A stretch of DNA of 64,000 nucleotides from an uncultured candidate division Zixibacteria bacterium (GTDB lineage: Bacteria > Zixibacteria > MSB-5A5 > GN15 > PGXB01). Numbering within the stretch: the first letter of the stretch is position 1; each line of letters opens with the position of its first letter. A model generated the notes under the pieces. It saw nothing but the letters and a program-made list of their open reading frames with translations, was not told where the DNA came from and did no database searches. The position numbers were made by a program, and so were the translations under genes. This document shows, piece after piece, positions 1 to 7,752 of this stretch. The DNA lies in contig OY969724.1 in the NCBI GenBank assembly GCA_963702205.1, positions 1,856,001-1,920,000 of the forward strand, in the 5' to 3' direction.

Positions 1-1752
1 TATATCCTGGCTGAAATATATTACAAGGACAAGCAATACGCCAAAGCCGAAGAGCAGCTGACTATCGCTCTCAAGAAGAACAAGAAATTTTACGAAGGAA
101 TGTATCTGCTCGGCAAAATCGATTTGAAATTGAATAAAATCGATGAGGCCGAAAAGCTTTTCAAGGAAGGTCTCAAGAAAGACAAGAAAATGCAGGGAGA
201 ATTCCATAACGGGCTGGGCCTGGCGCATATGGCCAGGGGAGATTACAACGACGCCGATACGGAATTCCGCAAAGCCATAAATGTCGATCCCGAAAACGGT
301 GAATACCATCTCAATCTCGGCGATGCCAATTTCAAAAATAAAATTTATCCCCTCGCAATATCATCGTACGAACAGGCGCTGAAACTCGACACGGCTTCGC
401 TGGGTGTATACTTCCGCTGGGCCGAGGCCTGCCTGGAAATGAAAGATTATAGCTGTGCACTGGAAAAACTCCAGGTCGTCCTCGAAAAGGATTCGACGCA
501 CGCCGATGCCTGGATGGAAGCCGGAAGTATTTATTACAAGGCGGCGCGTTCCAGCCGCACGAGTGAAGAAGCCAAGCAGCGCTATCTCGAAACGATCGGA
601 TCGTACAAGAAATATTTCGAGCTTACCAATACTCCCCCGGACAGTACTACCGGCCGGGCGTTCTATGAGGCGGGTATGTCATACCTGGCGCTGGGCGGGT
701 ATGAAGAAGCCAACAAAGATTTCCGCGCCGTTCTGAACATACCGGTCGAACCGCATGACATATACTTCTATTTTGCCCGGTCTTTCCAAGGCATGCAGAT
801 GTATGACTCGGCTCTCGTTTATTATAAGAAGCATAACGACGTGGTTCGTGAAGGCGGCCCGGAATACAGCTCATCGATCGATGAATCCGAAATTTATCGC
901 CGTATGGGCGAATGCTATGAAAATTTGAAAGATAATTATAACACGATCGCGTATTTCAAGAAATCGCTCGATTATGATTCCACGCAATCGCGGTTGCTGT
1001 ATGGAGTCGCCGTATCCTATACTCTGACCGGTGACTATCGCAACGCCCTTATTTATTACATGAAAAGAATCGCCCAGGGCGTGGACGAACGCCAGTGGTA
1101 TATTTATTACAATGCTGCGACGTCGGCTTTGTACCTGCTCGATAAAGGCGGCCTGGCGATGGAAGAGGATGAAGACCTCGGCCTCGGTGACGAGACGAGT
1201 GCGCCACCGGCGAAAGACCCGCTCGAGGGTGTCGACCTGGCCAAGCTATCAGTGGAATATCTGGAAAAAATAAACGTCGATTACTGGGATTCGATCTGGG
1301 CCAACGAGAAGAACCGTGCCACGGCCACAAAGGCCCGGGGCATGCTCGCTTCGACATATCTCTATCAGTTGAACGACTGCGCCAATGGTGTCACCTGGTA
1401 CCAGAAAGTCCTTGAAGTCGATCCAGAAAACTGCGAAGCTCACAAAGGTCTCGGTTATGCCTATTTCGGCGGGATTTGCCCCACCAACTACACCAAGGCA
1501 ATCAACTCATTGCTGAAGGCTCTGGACTGTTTTAAAAAGTCGGGCAAAGCCGAAGCCGACAACGTCGACCTGATGTTGTGGATCGCTCAGGCTTACCATT
1601 TCCGCGCTCTTGCGAAACGGGAAGCCAGGGACAAAGAGGGTGCGACGGCCGATTTCGCTTCGGCCGACGAGTGGTACCAAAAGGTTCTGAAATATGAGCC
1701 GAACAATCAGACGGCAAAAGAGGGTTACCAGCAGGTTAAGTTCGAACATTAG
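1..1752 (+). CDS. Tetratricopeptide repeat protein, 5' end outside window
   Basis: The frame is open from base 1 (YILAEIYYKDKQYAKAEEQL...) into ORF 100..1752. Many TPR helical-pair motifs, e.g. HNGLGLAHMARGDYNDADTEFRKAINVDP. Confidence 0.9.
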   Translation, partial: YILAEIYYKDKQYAKAEEQLTIALKKNKKFYEGMYLLGKIDLKLNKIDEAEKLFKEGLKKDKKMQGEFHNGLGLAHMARGDYNDADTEFRKAINVDPENGEYHLNLGDANFKNKIYPLAISSYEQALKLDTASLGVYFRWAEACLEMKDYSCALEKLQVVLEKDSTHADAWMEAGSIYYKAARSSRTSEEAKQRYLETIGSYKKYFELTNTPPDSTTGRAFYEAGMSYLALGGYEEANKDFRAVLNIPVEPHDIYFYFARSFQGMQMYDSALVYYKKHNDVVREGGPEYSSSIDESEIYRRMGECYENLKDNYNTIAYFKKSLDYDSTQSRLLYGVAVSYTLTGDYRNALIYYMKRIAQGVDERQWYIYYNAATSALYLLDKGGLAMEEDEDLGLGDETSAPPAKDPLEGVDLAKLSVEYLEKINVDYWDSIWANEKNRATATKARGMLASTYLYQLNDCANGVTWYQKVLEVDPENCEAHKGLGYAYFGGICPTNYTKAINSLLKALDCFKKSGKAEADNVDLMLWIAQAYHFRALAKREARDKEGATADFASADEWYQKVLKYEPNNQTAKEGYQQVKFEH

Positions 1753-1780
1753 TGGACTTTAATATATATTAGGAGAGTAC

Positions 1781-2761
1781 ATGGCCGGAAAGGAAGATAA
1801 AGACAAAGGGGTTCAAAAGACTTTCGATCCCGACGAAAGGTTCAAATACCTCGGCTTCGAGATTCATCCCGGCAAAATCGGCAACATCTTTAAATCGGAC
1901 TCCGAAAAGGAAACCTGGGTCGAAGAGGTCAGGCAAAGACGCCAGAAAAGCACCCATGTTCGCGAGCACAATACGCTCGAAGAGGCCCGCGTCACGTCAT
2001 TCGAGAAAATCGTCCTGACGGTAACGTCGGTGCTGCTGATCGCCTCGCTGTTTTTCCCCTGGTTTTCGGGGTATCGTGAGATCGAAGTGGAATCGACGCC
2101 CACGGCAACGCAGCAGCCGATGGTCGGCATGACCGATTCGTCGATGGTGCAGGGCATGGCCGACTCGACCATGGCCGGAGGGATGGCCGATTCTGCGGCG
2201 ATGGCGGCCGGGGCCGCCCCGATGGATTCGACGTCCGGCGCTATGGCCACGACCGAGCCGCAGGCGCAACAGGATCAGACCGATGCCGCCGGTTTCAGTT
2301 CCATCATGGCAACCACCAAGCGCAAGGAAATCAAGAGAGAGAATCATGCGATTTCCGGACTTAGTGCGATTGCTTCGCTGGGAAGTTACGGCGGAGATAT
2401 CTTTTCATCGGGATTCATTTTGATTCTTACGGCAATTCTGATGCTGCTCTACATGCTGTTTTGCGTCGGGTATGCCGTCTATGCCCTGTATACCCTGTTT
2501 GCCTCGAAAGGCACGGAAGACGTCAAGGCTCTTCAACTGAAGAGGGTCCTTCGTCTGGCATGGGTCCCGATTTCGGTTTATGTTTTGTGCATAATCCTGT
2601 CGGTGATCGGGGCGAATTATTCGTTCTCGACAACGAACGAAATGATCAAGCAAATCGGAAGCAGCTACGGCACCGGGACCTACCTGGGTCTGTTGTCGTA
2701 CGGTTTTTACATGACCCTGGCCTGTTTCGCGTTAAACGGCGCCAAGGGCGTGGAAATTTAG
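1781..2761 (+). CDS. Multi-pass membrane protein with a Met/Ala/Asp/Ser-rich repeat loop
   Basis: RBS AGGAG. About four hydrophobic segments. LFFPWFSGY follows TM1, then low-complexity M(A/T)DS repeats. Confidence 0.75.
   Translation: MAGKEDKDKGVQKTFDPDERFKYLGFEIHPGKIGNIFKSDSEKETWVEEVRQRRQKSTHVREHNTLEEARVTSFEKIVLTVTSVLLIASLFFPWFSGYREIEVESTPTATQQPMVGMTDSSMVQGMADSTMAGGMADSAAMAAGAAPMDSTSGAMATTEPQAQQDQTDAAGFSSIMATTKRKEIKRENHAISGLSAIASLGSYGGDIFSSGFILILTAILMLLYMLFCVGYAVYALYTLFASKGTEDVKALQLKRVLRLAWVPISVYVLCIILSVIGANYSFSTTNEMIKQIGSSYGTGTYLGLLSYGFYMTLACFALNGAKGVEI
2120..2246 (+). repeat. Imperfect in-frame tandem repeat (about 24-30 bp units) encoding (M-x-x-G-M-A/T-D-S-x)n
   Basis: atggtcggcatgaccgattcgtcg / atggtgcagggcatggccgactcgacc / atggccggagggatggccgattctgcggcg. 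Confidence 0.6.
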
Positions 2762-2806
2762 GTTGGGAATAAAAAAATAATTTAATTATCCGGAGGTTTT
2801 TTAAAA

Positions 2807-3565
2807 GTGAAACAGTCATTATTCGTAACGATCATCTCCATCCTCGCCTTCGCGATCGGTTATGTCGTTTGGGGCGTGATTTTGAAGGCTCAGCCGGCCG
2901 GTACAATCGCGCACAGCGTTCATCAGGGCGGCCCCCTGGTTGTGGTTCTGATGGCCGTTCTGCTCATGCTCCTTGCGTTCGTGGTTGAAAGATTTATATC
3001 GCTATACAAAGTCGCCAAGGGCAAAAGCTCGGTGCAGGTATTTTTCAAGAACGTCATCCAGCTTCTGAATGCCGGTGATTACGACGGCGCCCTGGCCGCC
3101 TGTGACAAACAGCGCGGTACCACGGCCAACGTCCTTCGTGCCGGAATCGAACGCTATCGCCAGGTCAAAGACGACAAAGCCATCGACACCGAAAAGAGAA
3201 TCGCCCTGACCCAGGCCGCGATTGACGAAGCCAACGCTCTGGAAGGCCCGCTTCTGGAACGTAACCTGATCGCCATGTCGACGATCGCCTCGATCGCCAC
3301 GATGATCGGTCTTCTGGGAACGACGCTGGGTATGATTCGTGCCTTTGCCGCGACCGGTAACGTCGAAGGCGGCGTCATTGACGCGCAGCAGCTGGCGGTC
3401 GGTATTTCCGAGGCTCTGGTTAATACGGCCGGTGGTCTGACTTCCGGTATTCTCGGAATCTTTTTCTACAACTTTTTTGTTAATAAAGTAGATGCTTTTA
3501 ACTATACCACGGACGAGGCAACGTTCGAGATTATACAGCTTCTGAAAGAAAAAGAAGGCAAGTAA
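2807..3565 (+). CDS. exbB: MotA/TolQ/ExbB proton channel protein
   Basis: GLLGTTLGMIRAF and GISEALVNTAGGL signature. RBS GGAGG before a GTG start. Confidence 0.92.
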   Translation: MKQSLFVTIISILAFAIGYVVWGVILKAQPAGTIAHSVHQGGPLVVVLMAVLLMLLAFVVERFISLYKVAKGKSSVQVFFKNVIQLLNAGDYDGALAACDKQRGTTANVLRAGIERYRQVKDDKAIDTEKRIALTQAAIDEANALEGPLLERNLIAMSTIASIATMIGLLGTTLGMIRAFAATGNVEGGVIDAQQLAVGISEALVNTAGGLTSGILGIFFYNFFVNKVDAFNYTTDEATFEIIQLLKEKEGK

Positions 3566-3568
3566 GTT

Positions 3569-4075
3569 ATGTCTATGAAGAAAAAACGGCGTGTAGGTGT
3601 GGTCATCGATATGACGCCGATGGTGGATATCGTAATCCTCCTGCTGATTTTCTATATGACGACAACGAGCTTCAAGCCCCCGGAGGCCAAAGCCGTTACC
3701 TTGCCGCAATCGCATTCGATGATCGAGTTGCCGGATAAAGATATTATCAATATCACGGTGACGAAAAACGATTCAATCTTCGTCGATTTCCTGCAGAAAG
3801 AAGACGTCGTTATCGACGGACGGCAGATGAAAACGACGGTGCGCAAATATGCCGAGTGCGATACGTATAACGTTGGGTCCATTATTAACCGGGCCAGGGC
3901 CGTCAATTACCGGGCCCTGATCGTAATCAAAGCCGACCGCGACGCCAGTTACGGCGTTATGTCCGACGTGATGGAAACCATGAGTAGTGCGGATATCAAC
4001 AGGTTTTTGATTATTACGGATAACGAAGCCGAGAAAGAAGCCCTCGATAAACAGAAAGAAGACAAAGGGGCTTAA
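3569..4075 (+). CDS. exbD: ExbD/TolR biopolymer transporter protein
   Basis: IDMTPMVDIVILLLIFYM TM segment with the essential Asp, plus IKADRDASYG. Confidence 0.92.
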   Translation: MSMKKKRRVGVVIDMTPMVDIVILLLIFYMTTTSFKPPEAKAVTLPQSHSMIELPDKDIINITVTKNDSIFVDFLQKEDVVIDGRQMKTTVRKYAECDTYNVGSIINRARAVNYRALIVIKADRDASYGVMSDVMETMSSADINRFLIITDNEAEKEALDKQKEDKGA

Positions 4076-4103
4076 GTTGTTGACCTTGAAAGGAGTGATA
4101 TAG

Positions 4104-4745
4104 ATGGCCGGTGCTGTAGTAGGCCCATCAGATAAACCTAAAAAGGGCAAAGGCGGTCGAAGAAAGAAACGACGGATTCATATACGAATCGATATGACTC
4201 CGATGGTCGATATCGTAATGCTTCTGCTTATTTTCTATATGGTGACGACGGTGTTTTCCATGCCGCAGGCGATGGAAATCAACCTCCCTCCCAAAGATAC
4301 GGGACCGGTGGATATTAAGGAATCCAACCTGCTGACTATCAGGATTGACGATAAAGACAGATTTTTCTGGAACGTCGGCAATCCGGCGGAAAATCTGCCG
4401 CGGATGGTTCCCAATACCAATCCGACGTCCGACACGACTTTCCGGGTCGATTCGGATTCTCTTCGATCGGTTTTGAAAAACCTCAACTTTGACAACCCCA
4501 AGCTTAACACGCTTATTTTGATTAACCGCAAGGCGCGCTACGAGGCGATGGTCGATATTCTCGATGAAATAGACGTGCTGGAGCGATCGTGGAACGCGGC
4601 GAAAGCCAAACAGCTCGGGAAAAAGGTTGATGATTTGACTAAAGACGAGAAATTCTCCTATCGGTATGCTATGGGTGCCTGGGAAGATAAAGACGATCGT
4701 ATCGTCGCTGCCGCCCTGGCAACCGCGTCAGGAGGTGGAGAATAA
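4104..4745 (+). CDS. exbD: ExbD/TolR biopolymer transporter protein (second copy)
   Basis: IDMTPMVDIVMLLLIFYM and KARYEAMVDILDE. Confidence 0.9.
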   Translation: MAGAVVGPSDKPKKGKGGRRKKRRIHIRIDMTPMVDIVMLLLIFYMVTTVFSMPQAMEINLPPKDTGPVDIKESNLLTIRIDDKDRFFWNVGNPAENLPRMVPNTNPTSDTTFRVDSDSLRSVLKNLNFDNPKLNTLILINRKARYEAMVDILDEIDVLERSWNAAKAKQLGKKVDDLTKDEKFSYRYAMGAWEDKDDRIVAAALATASGGGE

Positions 4746-5500
4746 TGGCAATTTCAACCGGCATGCCCAATGCATTGTATGGCGGTTACGGCGCTTATGA
4801 ACTTAAGGCCAGATATCAGCGTAATATGACGATAGCCATAAGTGGAATAATCGCCTTTGTCGCACTTGTAATACTGGGCATTTTCATTTACAGGAAATTG
4901 ACGGCCGTCGAAACCATCTACGTGCAGCCGACCGTCATCAAGACGATTGCGGATCTTGGGCCGCCCCCGACGGTTGCCAAAAAGCCGCCGAGGTTGGATA
5001 TTTCCGCGCCGCAGAAGGCCAAGCCGAAGGTCGGTATTCCCAAGCCGGTGGCCGATGATGAAATCCTCGACGACGAGGACGTCATGCTCGCCAGTCGCGA
5101 CGAGTTGGCCGACATCGTAACCCCGGACGTTTCATCCGTGGGTCAGGGCGGCGAAGATATTGTCGTCGATATCCCCGAAGAGGAATACATGCCGGCCCCG
5201 GGCGATTTCGTCCCGGTCGAAATACAGGCCGAGATGATCGAAGAAGCCGTCCCGGAATATCCGCGACAGGCCAAGCTGGCCGGAATGGAAGCGGTGGTCT
5301 GGGTTCAGGCCCTGGTCGACAAAAACGGTGACGTGCGCGAAGCCCGCATTTTGAAATCTTCGGGATCGAAAGCAGGTTTCGACGAATCCGCGTTAGCGGC
5401 CGCCAGGAAGTGCAAATTCAAACCGGCCATTCAGAACGGACGACCGGTGCCGGTTTGGGTGTCGTTCTCAATCGAGTTCGATTTAACCAACTCGAATTGA
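4745..5500 (+). CDS. tonB: TonB family energy transducer
   Basis: YGAYELK N-terminal motif, single TM, Pro/acidic linker, TonB_C domain (PEYPRQA...KFKPAIQNGRPV). TAATG overlap with exbD. Confidence 0.9.
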   Translation: MAISTGMPNALYGGYGAYELKARYQRNMTIAISGIIAFVALVILGIFIYRKLTAVETIYVQPTVIKTIADLGPPPTVAKKPPRLDISAPQKAKPKVGIPKPVADDEILDDEDVMLASRDELADIVTPDVSSVGQGGEDIVVDIPEEEYMPAPGDFVPVEIQAEMIEEAVPEYPRQAKLAGMEAVVWVQALVDKNGDVREARILKSSGSKAGFDESALAAARKCKFKPAIQNGRPVPVWVSFSIEFDLTNSN

Positions 5501-5777
5501 GGCAAAAATTCATCCGTGCAGGCATCTCCGCAAAAACGGAGGTGCCTCGGCCGGGTAAACGTTTGAACCTCACATTTTTATCGCCATATCCGTTTAGAGT
5601 TTCGTATTGTATAGTACAGCTCTGCTCTTTTACTACCACACCGAGAGCGAAATTGGCTCCCCTCATAGCCGCTTGCAGATAATTTGAATGACACGAGTCC
5701 GTGCTTAACGTACGGGCGAAGATTATAACACGGCAATCGCAGATTGCACCAAGCGGATAATATGAAAGGAGAGATCA

Positions 5778-6404
5778 ATGTCGGGACAAAGCCTAAAGCT
5801 TACCCCTGACACCGCCACATGCGGCAGGGCCATAACCCACCCTTTGTTCGCCCTGCTGGTATTGCTCCTGGTTTCCGTCGGAACCTTCACATTTTTAAGT
5901 ACCGTGACCCCGCCGGATTTCAATTTCGGCAACGGGTCCAGGTTTGATTTGAAACAACCGCTGCAAAACCGCAATATTGTTTTCGCGGCCGACAGCGAGC
6001 GTTTCATGCTGCCGGGGCAGTCCTGTTTCGAGCCGCTCCCCACGCCTCCCACGTTGCAATCCGGCAAAAACCGGGCGGGCACGACCGCTGGCAAGTCGCC
6101 GGAGACCGTTTTTTCTGACAACGACAAACTCGATATCAAACCGGCCCTCATCTGGATGAGACACCCGGACTTTCCTGCACAGGCTAAAGATGCCTCGATT
6201 GGACAAGGGAAAGTCGTCCTGCGCGTGCTGGTTGGAGAAACGGGCAGCGCCCGGGAAGTGAAAATAGCGGAAGAAAATCCGCCGGGAGTCGGTTTCGGGC
6301 AGTGCTGTCTGGCTCCGGCTCAAAAGGCGGTTTATTCTCCGGGCGTTAAGGACAATAAGCCGGTCAATTGCTGGGTGACCGTACCGGTGGAGTTTAAATT
6401 GTAG
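5778..6404 (+). CDS. TonB C-terminal domain protein (divergent paralog)
   Basis: TM anchor, Pro-rich linker, PDFPAQA...GKVVLRVLV...YSPGVKDNKPVNCWVTVPVEFKL. RBS AAGGAG. Confidence 0.8.
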   Translation: MSGQSLKLTPDTATCGRAITHPLFALLVLLLVSVGTFTFLSTVTPPDFNFGNGSRFDLKQPLQNRNIVFAADSERFMLPGQSCFEPLPTPPTLQSGKNRAGTTAGKSPETVFSDNDKLDIKPALIWMRHPDFPAQAKDASIGQGKVVLRVLVGETGSAREVKIAEENPPGVGFGQCCLAPAQKAVYSPGVKDNKPVNCWVTVPVEFKL

Positions 6405-6558
6405 CTGTATTAACGAAAGAAGAACCTGCCACAAAAAATCTGAAAGAATAGCCCCTCAATTTGCGCCCGTGCCGGGCGTACGATCCGGCTGACCCGGACC
6501 GACGGCTTATAAACTGTGGATTCGCCGTCGCGGCGATTCGCAAAAGGAGGTGGCTGTA

Positions 6559-7299
6559 ATGTCGTATATCGCAATCAGGCGCTACGGCGCCATAGAACTC
6601 AAGATGGCCTATCAGCACAATATGGCGCTGGCCATGTTGCTGGTTATATCGTTTACCGCCTTTATCACAGGGCTAATATATCTGCTCGCCGGAGAACCGC
6701 CGGTTCAGATCATAATTAAGAAACCCCTTGTAGATGAATATCATATTATTCCCACTCCTCCACCAGTCATAAATATCGAACCACCCACGGCCAGGGGAAG
6801 GACCCGGAGCGCTCCTCCGGGGAATATTTCATCGAATTTGATCCCGATCGACGACGATGAGGCTCTTGATCCAAATGAAGGGCGGCTGTACACCCGTGAC
6901 GAGTTATACACGGCCGCCGATGGGTACGGTTCCGGCGAGGGAGACATCGACGATGGCATTATGATCGGTTCGGGCGGCGGCGGCGGTGAATATATTGAAC
7001 CTCAGGAAAAATTCGTTGCCTGCGAAATTCCGCCGGAAATTATTATTACCGCCAAGCCGGAATACCCGAGGCAGGCGCGTTTGGTTGGCATTTCCGCGAC
7101 GGTTTGGGTGAGAATTCTGGTCGATGAAGAGGGTAATGCCGCCGATGCGGTCGTATATAAATCATCGGGATCAAACGCCGGTTTCGATGAGGCGGCGCTG
7201 GCGGCGGCCCTGAAATGTAAGTTCAAGCCGGGGATCCAAAATGGAGAGGCCGTCAAGGTCTGGGTGTCGCTAAAATTTGAATTCGATATAAATGATTAA
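6559..7299 (+). CDS. TonB family energy transducer (third paralog)
   Basis: YGAIELK motif, TM, PTPPP linker, and a TonB_C domain very similar to that of 4745..5500. RBS AAGGAGG favours ATG 6559. Confidence 0.88.
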   Translation: MSYIAIRRYGAIELKMAYQHNMALAMLLVISFTAFITGLIYLLAGEPPVQIIIKKPLVDEYHIIPTPPPVINIEPPTARGRTRSAPPGNISSNLIPIDDDEALDPNEGRLYTRDELYTAADGYGSGEGDIDDGIMIGSGGGGGEYIEPQEKFVACEIPPEIIITAKPEYPRQARLVGISATVWVRILVDEEGNAADAVVYKSSGSNAGFDEAALAAALKCKFKPGIQNGEAVKVWVSLKFEFDIND

Positions 7300-7342
7300 A
7301 GCCTGGGCGTGACCGGGTTCTCTTAACCCCTTACCGCAATCT

Positions 7343-7372
7343 GGCCCGGGGGCTCACTACGCCGGGCCTTTT
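7343..7372 (+). terminator. Probable intrinsic terminator after the third tonB gene
   Basis: GGCCCGG...CCGGGCC stem followed by TTTT. Confidence 0.6.
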
Positions 7373-7374
7373 CA

Positions 7375-7422
7375 TTTCTATATCTTGTGGGGTCGATTTC
7401 GGTCGATTACTATATCTCGTAA
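7375..7422. promoter_or_regulatory. Tandem putative NrdR boxes
   Basis: TTTCTATATCTTGTGG (7375-7390) and TTACTATATCTCGTAA (7407-7422), starts 32 bp apart. The cores match the NrdR consensus acaCwAtATaTwGtgt. Confidence 0.6.
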
Positions 7423-7458
7423 GTAGTTAAAAATTATGGGGTTAAAATAAAAAACCGC

Positions 7459-7487
7459 TTGACAACTGCCCAAATGTGCAGTATTTT
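7459..7487 (+). promoter_or_regulatory. Sigma70-type promoter
   Basis: TTGACA-N17-TATTTT upstream of 7529. Confidence 0.65.
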
Positions 7488-7528
7488 GTTTTTGAGTCGA
7501 TAATAAATCATAAAGAAGGAGAACGAAC

Positions 7529-7714
7529 ATGGAACCCATAAAAACCACTATCGATTTTTCGGAAACCCCGGTGGCGGTGTGTCTGGCTCGAAGCGGTCAG
7601 GTGTACTACCCGGATCAAACGTCGCCCGAATCGTGTCCGGACTGCGGGGCCAATCTTGTCCGCCTCGGTTATTGTATGTCCTGTCCGCTATGCGGTTTCG
7701 GCAGCTGCGGTTGA
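7529..7714 (+). CDS. Small zinc-ribbon protein resembling the C-terminal Cys-rich tail of class II ribonucleotide reductase (NrdJ)
   Basis: RBS AAGGAG. C-terminus CPDCG-x7-C-x2-CPLCGFGSCG. Confidence 0.7.
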   Translation: MEPIKTTIDFSETPVAVCLARSGQVYYPDQTSPESCPDCGANLVRLGYCMSCPLCGFGSCG

Positions 7715-7752
7715 AGTAAGCCGCGACAATTACGCGCTAAAAGGGAGGCCGC

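Noticed and set aside
7496..7503. GTCGATAA as another sigma28 -10 element
   Set aside because: No matching -35 at 15 nt, and a good sigma70 promoter already explains the region.
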